Source of the DNA: a virus
Taxonomy: Duplodnaviria > Caudoviricetes
DNA: 50,008 nucleotides
IMG/VR virus record: IMGVR_UViG_3300042923_001831
Location: 1-50,008 of that record
Strand: one strand, 5' to 3'
Below the pieces are notes generated by a model. It was not told the origin of the DNA. It did not search any database and saw only the letters and a list, made by a program, of their open reading frames with translations. The position numbers were made by a program, and so were the translations under genes. Shown piece after piece: positions 1-7,585 of this stretch (its first letter is position 1; each line of letters starts with the position of its first letter).

Positions 1-1080
1 ATGGTTATCTTTCTATCTTTACTATTATTTGTGAACACAGTTAGTGCAAATGAAGTTCCAAAGAAAAACACAGCATCATCATTAAATTCTGTTTCAGTAG
101 ATAAAAAGGCGATCGAAAAACTTATAAAAGCTACCGAAACCACTGCAACAACTATCAGAAAAAAAATATCGATTTCTGAACCAAATCAAATTTTAGCAAT
201 TAATGCAAAATCTATCCAAGGGTTAACTTCTGCAATTGATAAAGCTAAAATTAATTTAAAAAATTATAAGGGTAAAGATAAAGCTTCATTTGAAAAAAGA
301 TTGAAACAACCAGAACATACGCTTGGCCAAGCAAGAGTCTTTAATACCACAATCACAAATGGTGAAAAAATCCTAAAAGAAAAAGTAGCCTTTCAAAAAC
401 TTTTTACTACTCAACCCTTTAATTCAGAAAAACAGTTAAATGAATTAATAAAGAAAAACCAACAATATACAAAAGACATAAATAAACTTACATTTACCCC
501 ATCAAGAAATGCATTTTATATGAAATATCAGGAATCCTTGGAAATGATGATTAGTGATAAAACTACATTCTATAGTCTTAACAAACGCATAGAAGCCTTT
601 ATTTCTTTTACCAAAAATCATGAACCTACGGAAGTCTGGGAAGAGTTTGATAATATCTATACTAATATTTATTCATCCTTATTAGATGAAGATGATGATA
701 ATTTAATTCAGGATAAGTGGAAATCAACTTATTATCCTACATTTGTTGCCCCCGAGGAGGCCAACATCCAAAAATTTGTAAAGGATTACTATGATGCCAT
801 TAATGCTCGAGACGCAGAAGCACTGGCAGAGTTATATCCTTATGAATCAGTTGAGGAAAAAATTATTTACATTGAAGAAATTAAGGAGAGTTTAAGCAAA
901 TTACCTTCTACACAAATATTTGAGGTTTTAAATTACGATGAACTATTTGTATATGAAAATGAAGCATCTGCTTATTTTACTATGAATAGAATTGTTGATG
1001 GTATACCTTATGAAAATTTTGTAAAACTATATTTATATAAATTTGATGGTAAGTGGTTATGGGATTTAGAAAAAATGTAA
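1..1080 (+). CDS. Secreted/cell-surface protein; helical N-terminal region resembling S-layer (SbsC-like) wall-binding domain, C-terminal NTF2-like domain
   Basis: Signal peptide (LSLLLFVNTVSA); C-terminal 'IQKFVKDYYDAINARDAEALAELY...LYKFDGKWLW' is an NTF2/SnoaL-like pattern; start may lie upstream of the window. Confidence 0.5.
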   Translation: MVIFLSLLLFVNTVSANEVPKKNTASSLNSVSVDKKAIEKLIKATETTATTIRKKISISEPNQILAINAKSIQGLTSAIDKAKINLKNYKGKDKASFEKRLKQPEHTLGQARVFNTTITNGEKILKEKVAFQKLFTTQPFNSEKQLNELIKKNQQYTKDINKLTFTPSRNAFYMKYQESLEMMISDKTTFYSLNKRIEAFISFTKNHEPTEVWEEFDNIYTNIYSSLLDEDDDNLIQDKWKSTYYPTFVAPEEANIQKFVKDYYDAINARDAEALAELYPYESVEEKIIYIEEIKESLSKLPSTQIFEVLNYDELFVYENEASAYFTMNRIVDGIPYENFVKLYLYKFDGKWLWDLEKM

Positions 1081-1100
1081 TAAAATAAGTAAACTGTAGA

Positions 1101-1131
1101 AAGAGCCTCTTCAAACTGAAGGGCTTTTTTT
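1101..1131 (+). terminator. Intrinsic terminator
   Basis: AGCCTCTTCA-AAC-TGAAGGGCT hairpin plus T run. Confidence 0.75.
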
Positions 1132-1217
1132 ATTCTTTCTGACCTTTGCAAAATTCCATAAATATACACATTTATTAACAGAATACTTTGGTAATCTTAT
1201 ATTGAGGTGATTATGGG

Positions 1218-1457
1218 ATGTTATGGAAAATACGTACATATATAATTGTTTTTGTTAGAATCATTATTAGAATCTTTCGACCAAATTGGGTAGACGTAGT
1301 GGTGATTCGAACCGCTGAAGATACATACATTGCCAGTGCATATGATGGTACATATCGGGTTTATCACAATTACGGATCTACACCAGAGCAAGCAAAGGAA
1401 ATGGCACTGTGGAACTTAAAAAAGTGTTATGAAGACGAAAAAACCCCTATCGAGTGA
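1218..1457 (+). CDS. Small protein with HicB-like N-terminal-domain motif
   Basis: RBS GAGGTG 8 nt upstream; 'YGSTPEQAKEMA' resembles the HicB GxTxEEAxxxA motif. Confidence 0.4.
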   Translation: MLWKIRTYIIVFVRIIIRIFRPNWVDVVVIRTAEDTYIASAYDGTYRVYHNYGSTPEQAKEMALWNLKKCYEDEKTPIE

Positions 1458-1470
1458 GAAGGGGGCTTTT
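1438..1470. terminator. Bidirectional terminator between convergent genes
   Basis: A run-CCCCT...AGGGGG-CTTTT. Confidence 0.6.
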
Positions 1471-1864
1471 AAGAAACAAGTTTAATTAGTTCTTCGCATT
1501 CTACATCTTTACTAATACCTAAGTAGGATAAGAATTTGTCAAGGATAGCTTTATTTAAGTGGGTAGGAAGTACTCCCATTTCAGGTACATTTTCTTTCGA
1601 AGATTTATATACGTACTTTAAATCTACAATCGATGGTACTTTCAACCCTGAACCTGGAATGTTTTTTAATAGATAGTATCTATCTGGGTCAGAAGCAAGA
1701 TGGTGAATCTGGCTGGAAATTGTAAAATAGTAAATTTCGTTATCAGTAAACTCATATTCAATTGGTAAAAGAATAGGATGTCCACCCATTCGAAAATCCA
1801 ATAAATTTGACTGTTTAAAAGTGATGTTTTTCTTTTTTATTATTGATCCTTCAAAATAACGCAT
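1469..1864 (-). CDS. Putative PemK/MazF-like toxin of a Panacea TA pair
   Basis: 'GHPILL', 'FTISS', 'GLKVPSIVDL' follow PemK-fold motif spacing; start overlaps the antitoxin stop (TGATG). Confidence 0.55.
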   Translation of the reverse strand: MRYFEGSIIKKKNITFKQSNLLDFRMGGHPILLPIEYEFTDNEIYYFTISSQIHHLASDPDRYYLLKNIPGSGLKVPSIVDLKYVYKSSKENVPEMGVLPTHLNKAILDKFLSYLGISKDVECEELIKLVS

Positions 1865-2511
1865 CAGTATACCACCAATTCATCATCTTCTTTATAAACA
1901 AACAATTTTTGCCCTTTTATTTCATTACCAATTTCCCAAAGACTTCGAATATCATCATCAGTTAATGTAGTTTCAGATTCATCTAATGTAAAAACATTTC
2001 CATTTAGTTCATGGCTTTTATGAGTATCAATTTCTAAGTCCTTAAACGCATCATAAATTTCAACTAAAGAGGAATAATAACTAATCATCTTATCTCTTGT
2101 AATTATCGGGTTTAGCTTTTGCTTTACTTCATCTTCTAATTCTTTCCAGGGTTCTTCATTATGAGTTAATTCGACCAATTGATCCCCTGTTTGTTTACCG
2201 TATATATAATTAACAACTTTAAGGATTTTAGATGTATCTGGGTCTAAGTTCCCAACATCACCAAACCCCATAGAGGTTATTTCAGCTAAATGATTATGTC
2301 TGTATTCTCTAAAAGCATCTCTAACTACTGGGCCATTTTCCCATGCCTCAATACTATTTACAAAAAGGGGTTCACCTTTTACAGCCAAATGCATTGCTTG
2401 GGAATAGTATAATAGTTTTTGAAGTTTAATGTTCCCTTTATAAGAGGGAAAAGCAACATCACTATTGTTTTTAATAAACCATCTTGATATGTCAATTACA
2501 TCTTTGGGCAT
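1864..2511 (-). CDS. Panacea (DUF4065/SocA/GepA-like) antitoxin
   Basis: 'KLQKLLYYSQ', 'IEAWENGPVV', 'LVELTHNEEPW' are hallmark DUF4065 motifs. Confidence 0.9.
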   Translation of the reverse strand: MPKDVIDISRWFIKNNSDVAFPSYKGNIKLQKLLYYSQAMHLAVKGEPLFVNSIEAWENGPVVRDAFREYRHNHLAEITSMGFGDVGNLDPDTSKILKVVNYIYGKQTGDQLVELTHNEEPWKELEDEVKQKLNPIITRDKMISYYSSLVEIYDAFKDLEIDTHKSHELNGNVFTLDESETTLTDDDIRSLWEIGNEIKGQKLFVYKEDDELVVY

Positions 2512-2700
2512 CTCACAACACCTCTCATCGTTTCTTGTGTCTTATAATACACTATGTAATTAATATGCACAAATTGTTTCACGAATATCTGTTCTGGAAA
2601 AATAACTTTATATAATATAAAGTAGGGAAACATTCCTCAAGGCTTATCCATATGTACCAATGTTTCAAATAGTTTTAAGTAAGATTCTTTTAAGAATTAC

Positions 2701-2729
2701 AAAAAGCCCCTCTCGTTTAAAGAAGGGCA
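2701..2729 (-). terminator. Terminator after endolysin
   Basis: GCCCTTCT...AGAGGGGC-TTTTTT on minus strand. Confidence 0.65.
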
Positions 2730-2735
2730 ATGAAA

Positions 2736-3302
2736 TTATACTTTTATTACATGAACATTCTTCCGACCGTATTTTTCTTTTAACTCTGCTGCAACCTTTT
2801 CAGCTTGTTCAGTTGGCATGGAACCTGTCTTAATAAAAGCAAGTTCTTTTTGTTCCTTTTTAGGTTTTGGAATTGATCTATCGAATAAGGCTTGTTCCTC
2901 ATTTCTACGACTAACCAATCCCTGAAGAACCTTTCCTCCACCTTTATTCCACTTCTCAAACTCTACTGAAGCTTTATCGAATTGTCTCTTATTCACGTAC
3001 TCGAGTAAAGTGGACTTTTGCAATGCCCCCACTCCACAGTTATAGGCAAAGGAGACAAGTGCATCAAACTGATTTTGGTTTAATTCCACCTTCACCGCTT
3101 GATTGACACCATCCACAAATCGCTGAATGTCTTTATCAAAAAGAGCTTCAGCTTGTGCTTGTGAAATGACTTGCCCCTCTTTTACACCGGCAGTGCTGCC
3201 ATAACCAATCGTCCACACTCCTGCAGGACATTTATAGGCATTCAGTCTACAACCTTCATATTTTTTAACAAAATCTGCTCCACCCTTTGAAAGCTTCATC
3301 AT
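2736..3302 (-). CDS. Endolysin, GH24 phage lysozyme with short C-terminal (SPOR-like) tail
   Basis: 'YEGCRLNAYKCPAGVWTIGYG', 'NQNQFDALVSFAYNCG', 'GLVSRRNEE'. Confidence 0.93.
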   Translation of the reverse strand: MMKLSKGGADFVKKYEGCRLNAYKCPAGVWTIGYGSTAGVKEGQVISQAQAEALFDKDIQRFVDGVNQAVKVELNQNQFDALVSFAYNCGVGALQKSTLLEYVNKRQFDKASVEFEKWNKGGGKVLQGLVSRRNEEQALFDRSIPKPKKEQKELAFIKTGSMPTEQAEKVAAELKEKYGRKNVHVIKV

Positions 3303-3670
3303 TATTTATCAGCTCCCTTACCGAAAGACTTGAATTTATCCTTTACTTCACCTGGTAGATCAACATCGATGGCTTTTAGATTCTCCGTAATGCTTCCGCC
3401 TTCTTTATAGATGAATAAGGCTAATGTAAACCCGGTTAAATAAAAATTAAGACCCAAAACGAGGTCTATAGCAAAGACAAAGACAATTCCTACTAGCTCA
3501 CCAATCCAGCGAATGATACCATCTCTCATGATGCGTGATTCGTACTTGTTTACCCCTTTCCATGTTTTTAAAAGTCCAGAGGTAAAGTCCAGGACTTTTA
3601 CAAGAAAATAGAAAAATAGTGCATATTGAATTGGTTTTGGTAATAAGTCGAGCAAATGAATATCGAACAT
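3302..3670 (-). CDS. Phage holin (holin-4/TcdE-like)
   Basis: Three hydrophobic segments, 'LDFTSG', 'EGGSITENL'; adjacent to endolysin. Confidence 0.85.
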   Translation of the reverse strand: MFDIHLLDLLPKPIQYALFFYFLVKVLDFTSGLLKTWKGVNKYESRIMRDGIIRWIGELVGIVFVFAIDLVLGLNFYLTGFTLALFIYKEGGSITENLKAIDVDLPGEVKDKFKSFGKGADK

Positions 3671-3735
3671 TTTATCTGTCCCTTCGGAAATAAAATTAAC
3701 CCCGATCGGTTCCGGACCATACTAGGTCGTGGGGC

Positions 3736-3761
3736 ATAAAAAATACACCTTTCTAGGTGTT
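3736..3761 (-). terminator. Terminator after Ntn-hydrolase moron
   Basis: ACACCT-AGAA-AGGTGT-ATTTTTT on minus strand. Confidence 0.65.
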
Positions 3762-3821
3762 AGTTTTGTTGCACATAATCGTCCAACTACAACATAAAAA
3801 AGTCAACAAAAGTTGACTAAA

Positions 3822-4601
3822 TTAAGTAGTAGCTGCTTCCCCTTTAAAACCATATCCATTAGCCATTTTAACAAATTCTTGATAACCTCTAGCTACATGT
3901 GGCATTTTTAAAGAAAAAGTGCCATCTTCATTTTGTCTATCATTATTTTGAATTGCAATACCATTATGGCCAGCAGTAATTATATGCATATGCTTACCAA
4001 TTCCATATCTTGGGTTACTTTCTAAGAAATTTGTAATGAGGATGTTATATGCTTCTGGTAATCCAATAATCTCTGCAAATCCATATACTTGATTAAAATT
4101 TGAATCCATCCATTTTAACATTTCTTTATAGTCATCAATATTTGAACCTGAGCCTATTGATATTATTTCATGTTGATGTGCTATATAAGGTTTGAAGTCT
4201 GGTGCGCAAAGCTTTATTACAGTTGACCTAGGTACTGAATTATTTCCAATAGTTATTGCTGATTTTGGAAAAGTACCGATCATTAATAAGTGACAACCTA
4301 ATTGTTTATCAATATTTGGTGCATTACTATAAATTCTCTTTGCTTTCTTACTCCATTTTTTTGCAATATAGTCTGGTATAAATCCTCTGTCTTGTTTTTC
4401 ATTTCTAATGCAATCGGCTAACCCTTCAAGCATTTTAAAACCAAGCCTAACACTTCCAGCAAATCCAGCACCAATGTTGTTTGTAATGGGGTAAAATTTT
4501 TGCAGACAATCTTTTTCGTAATTATTTCCCCATGAAACTTTTACATCCGATAATGCAAAACTATATCCAAAAAAAGAATTAACACCTATAATCCACGTCA
4601 T
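3822..4601 (-). CDS. Proteasome beta-subunit-like Ntn hydrolase (moron)
   Basis: Met-Thr start; after Met removal T1, D18, K34, 'GFAG' and 'SIGSGS' match the T1/D17/K33/G47/GSG pattern; AT-rich relative to tail genes. Confidence 0.65.
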   Translation of the reverse strand: MTWIIGVNSFFGYSFALSDVKVSWGNNYEKDCLQKFYPITNNIGAGFAGSVRLGFKMLEGLADCIRNEKQDRGFIPDYIAKKWSKKAKRIYSNAPNIDKQLGCHLLMIGTFPKSAITIGNNSVPRSTVIKLCAPDFKPYIAHQHEIISIGSGSNIDDYKEMLKWMDSNFNQVYGFAEIIGLPEAYNILITNFLESNPRYGIGKHMHIITAGHNGIAIQNNDRQNEDGTFSLKMPHVARGYQEFVKMANGYGFKGEAATT

Positions 4602-4687
4602 AATAATTTCCTCCTTTAAGAGAATATTATCTTTATTAAAATTACTTGTAAAATGTATTTTTTCGTCCGAATGTCTTACATAGTGTC

Positions 4688-4903
4688 TTACATAGGATGC
4701 CCTTCATCCTTCTCAATTGACTTGTAACAATGGTCTTTTTCAAATGAATCTAATAATCTACAAAGCACCTTACATACTTTGCAATTCTTTTTCTTTACTC
4801 GCTTTCCCATTCTAGATGAGATTGTTTCATCTGGAAATCCGCCTAGAATTGTATTTAATAACTGATCTATCGAGATAAGTAAATTCCATATATACCTTTT
4901 CAT
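4688..4903 (-). CDS. Conserved small phage protein at tail/lysis junction
   Basis: 'NLLISIDQLLNTILGG.PDETISSR...DHC' motif typical of this position. Confidence 0.7.
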   Translation of the reverse strand: MKRYIWNLLISIDQLLNTILGGFPDETISSRMGKRVKKKNCKVCKVLCRLLDSFEKDHCYKSIEKDEGHPM

Positions 4904-4909
4904 ATCCGC

Positions 4910-5518
4910 TTACCAGCTAATTTTGTTTACTTGTTCCGAAGTTGTTGCAGCCAATACTGACGCTTCTAACGTCCAGTACTTCCCTTGTACCGTCATTTCG
5001 TGCTTCTTAATGTCGCGCGTTATTTGGTAGAATTCGTCTTCGTTAAGCGTTACTACACCCATGTTTTTTGACTTCCAGCGAATGACTGTTTCTAGGCTGT
5101 ATTCCGCTTCCGTTAGCTTCCCATCGGCTTTTCTGCTCTTAAGGAATAGTAGGTCGTTTGATTGCTTTGTGAAGTTACGCTGGTCGTGGTCTTCGTATCC
5201 GAATACTAACGCCTTGCCGTCCCTAGTTACTGTAGACGTGAATCCCGCGTAAAAGGCTTCCGTACATTTTGCTTTAAGTTCTGTAATCTTTTTTTTGCGC
5301 GCTACTTCTACAGGCTCGTAGTTCAGTTTAGCTTCGTCGAATTCTGTTTCGGTAATAGCTGTAAAGCCTTCGCCTGTAAGTTCTTGCCTTGTACCGAAGA
5401 CCATTTCTGTATAGTCCTGGTTGTATTCCCTGATTAGGATATCATTCAGATTTAAGCCTGTAGGGTAATTAATTAGTCCGTCTTCGCCTTTACTTAAGCT
5501 AGTTTTATAGAAATTCAT
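4910..5518 (-). CDS. Tail fibre assembly/chaperone-like protein (DUF4376-like)
   Basis: 'KKITELKAKC...GF...DQRNF...W' and C-terminal 'QVNKISW'; follows the fibre gene. Confidence 0.6.
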   Translation of the reverse strand: MNFYKTSLSKGEDGLINYPTGLNLNDILIREYNQDYTEMVFGTRQELTGEGFTAITETEFDEAKLNYEPVEVARKKKITELKAKCTEAFYAGFTSTVTRDGKALVFGYEDHDQRNFTKQSNDLLFLKSRKADGKLTEAEYSLETVIRWKSKNMGVVTLNEDEFYQITRDIKKHEMTVQGKYWTLEASVLAATTSEQVNKISW

Positions 5519-5531
5519 TGTTTATCTCCCC

Positions 5532-6791
5532 TTATAAAATAATAGATTCCGTCGGGTGTACGCCGTGAAGTATGGTGGTAGTCGCGTTAATCGTGACCGA
5601 TTGGCTCGACTTTTTTACTACGGCAGCGTTAGCGCCTTCTTTGACTGTAAACATGCCGCCCATACGCTTAACTAGACGCCCTTTCATAAAGAAGCTAGAC
5701 GTTAAAGTCGTGCGATTGTACACGTTTCTACATAGCACGTTATCGGACCCCCTAGTGAACATCGCATAGGAATCCTCGTTAATGATACCCATGCTTTTAG
5801 CGCCTACCGCGCCTAACGTTGTAGTGGTTGCGGCTTGTTGAAGGCTTTGACTAAGTCCGTCGACGTTTTCACCATACCACGTAGAAAATATGTGGACCAT
5901 TTTCTCGTCTGTTTGGTGGTTATACACAGAAGCGATACCGTCGCCGTAGTCGTTTATATCAGCGTTTTCCCAGTTATCCGCGTAGTAAGTGTTCCATCTA
6001 CAGTTGCATATACGACCGTCGGGTCTAGTATAGTACCAGCCGCCGTTGCTTACCAGGTGGACATAGCCGCTATCATCTACGAAGTTTCGCCCTATCGTAC
6101 CGCCGCCGTAGCTGAATTTCGGCGTCGTGTTTACGAATGTCGCGGTAGCGATGTTAAATTCCCGATAGCTGTTATTTCCTGATATGCACATATGCAGTCC
6201 GCCGTTACGCGCTACGAATATCGGCGGCTGGTTAGCTACAACCCCCGCAGCTATCACCTTTTGCGTCAAGATATTACCGTTGTAATCCATGACATAAAGG
6301 TTGTAAACGGTTGACCCGTCCGTTTCTAGCATATACAGGTTTTTACCGACCCTATCGACGGAAAAGAAAATAAGTCGGGCTGAAGCGTTGGTCCATATTC
6401 TAGTCCATGTATTCGTCGCTTCGCTGTATTTGTATAAGTCCCCTTTGTTTACATGGGACGCCCCCCATAGGTTAGCGAATATGATATCGTCCCCGTTCGG
6501 GTCCCTGACAGGGTAGAAGTTCCCGTATTGTTTATTGGTTGCGTGGGCGTGCGGCGCGGTTCCTAAAATGTTCCCAGCCTTGTCTACTTTGTAGCCATTT
6601 GCTGCGGCTGTTGGGAATATATAAAACTTGTTATGACCGCCTACGATAAGGTCTGTATTAACGGCGGTTGTAATACCCGACTGTGTGGATACGGTTCCGT
6701 ATTTGTTCATCGTTTTAGTGAAGCCGCCACCTGAAAAGGTTTTCGGTACGTTTCCGCCCCCAAAGGGTCCGCCGTGTTGTGCTATATCCAT
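5532..6791 (-). CDS. Putative receptor-binding/tail fibre tip protein
   Basis: Start MDIAQHGG with GGAGGTG RBS (ORF track starts at 6830); beta-rich, G/N/T/Y-rich; higher GC. Confidence 0.6.
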   Translation of the reverse strand: MDIAQHGGPFGGGNVPKTFSGGGFTKTMNKYGTVSTQSGITTAVNTDLIVGGHNKFYIFPTAAANGYKVDKAGNILGTAPHAHATNKQYGNFYPVRDPNGDDIIFANLWGASHVNKGDLYKYSEATNTWTRIWTNASARLIFFSVDRVGKNLYMLETDGSTVYNLYVMDYNGNILTQKVIAAGVVANQPPIFVARNGGLHMCISGNNSYREFNIATATFVNTTPKFSYGGGTIGRNFVDDSGYVHLVSNGGWYYTRPDGRICNCRWNTYYADNWENADINDYGDGIASVYNHQTDEKMVHIFSTWYGENVDGLSQSLQQAATTTTLGAVGAKSMGIINEDSYAMFTRGSDNVLCRNVYNRTTLTSSFFMKGRLVKRMGGMFTVKEGANAAVVKKSSQSVTINATTTILHGVHPTESIIL

Positions 6792-6795
6792 ACCC

Positions 6796-7134
6796 TTACA
6801 CCTCCGAAGCCAGGACGCCGTCGCTGTCATAGGTCAGGGTCCTAGTAGTCGTTTTTAGTACCGTAGTCCCGTTCGTATCGTAGTATGTCAGTGTGCGGGT
6901 TGTATACAGCGGCGTAGTTCCCCCGCTAAGCACGGACCTGATAGCTAGGGTCCCGTCTTGTCGTTTGTGTTCTATTGTTGTGTATATTCCTTCCGCGTCC
7001 TTGTTTGTCCTATAGGTTTTATAGTCCCGTAGTTCTGTTTCTTTCATCGCTTCGTCATACTGCGTCTGTACCGTGTTTCCCCAGACGCTGGATATCGTTT
7101 GACCTGGTGCTATGTTCGTTTTTTCGTATGCCAT
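6796..7134 (-). CDS. Tail fibre-associated protein
   Basis: 'KDAEGIYTTIEHKRQDGTL..RSVLSGGT.P.YTTRT' typical of Bacillales fibre adaptor segments. Confidence 0.55.
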   Translation of the reverse strand: MAYEKTNIAPGQTISSVWGNTVQTQYDEAMKETELRDYKTYRTNKDAEGIYTTIEHKRQDGTLAIRSVLSGGTTPLYTTRTLTYYDTNGTTVLKTTTRTLTYDSDGVLASEV

Positions 7135-7149
7135 TTAATAGTCCCCCCT

Positions 7150-7575
7150 TTATAGATTTTGGAAGCCGATTTCCCAGGATACAGTCGCAGTTCTTCGGTT
7201 GTCTTTCATTTCTTCGACTAACGCCCTAGCGACCAACTTCCCACTATTCGGCGTATCAGTCCCCCCTACATAAAGCCCGATTTCTTTCCAATGGAAAAGC
7301 GCTTCGTCTTTATCGAAGAAGACTTCGGCGATAGCTGCGCCGTTATCTCTTGCGACCGTCGTTATCGGCTTCCTTACTCGTTCGTTTTCTAGCTCCATGT
7401 CCCCCAATGACACAATCCTAGATCCATCTCCAACTGCCACATGGGAAAGACCTGTAGGGCCTAGACCAGCCACTAAGTCTAGTAGCCACTCTAACCCTTG
7501 TTGAATCATCATATTTTTATATTTTCGCTGCCCGTCTTTCGTTTTTATGGTGACGTTTGGCTTTACTTGTATCAT
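7150..7575 (-). CDS. Tail-collar/fibre-base-like protein, paralog of 12889..13332
   Basis: Start MIQVKPNV with GGGGGA RBS; 'N.MIQQGL', 'HVAVGDG', 'LENE..RK', 'EIGLY', 'LVAR', 'VSWEI'. Confidence 0.55.
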   Translation of the reverse strand: MIQVKPNVTIKTKDGQRKYKNMMIQQGLEWLLDLVAGLGPTGLSHVAVGDGSRIVSLGDMELENERVRKPITTVARDNGAAIAEVFFDKDEALFHWKEIGLYVGGTDTPNSGKLVARALVEEMKDNRRTATVSWEIGFQNL

Positions 7576-7585
7576 ATTTATCCCC

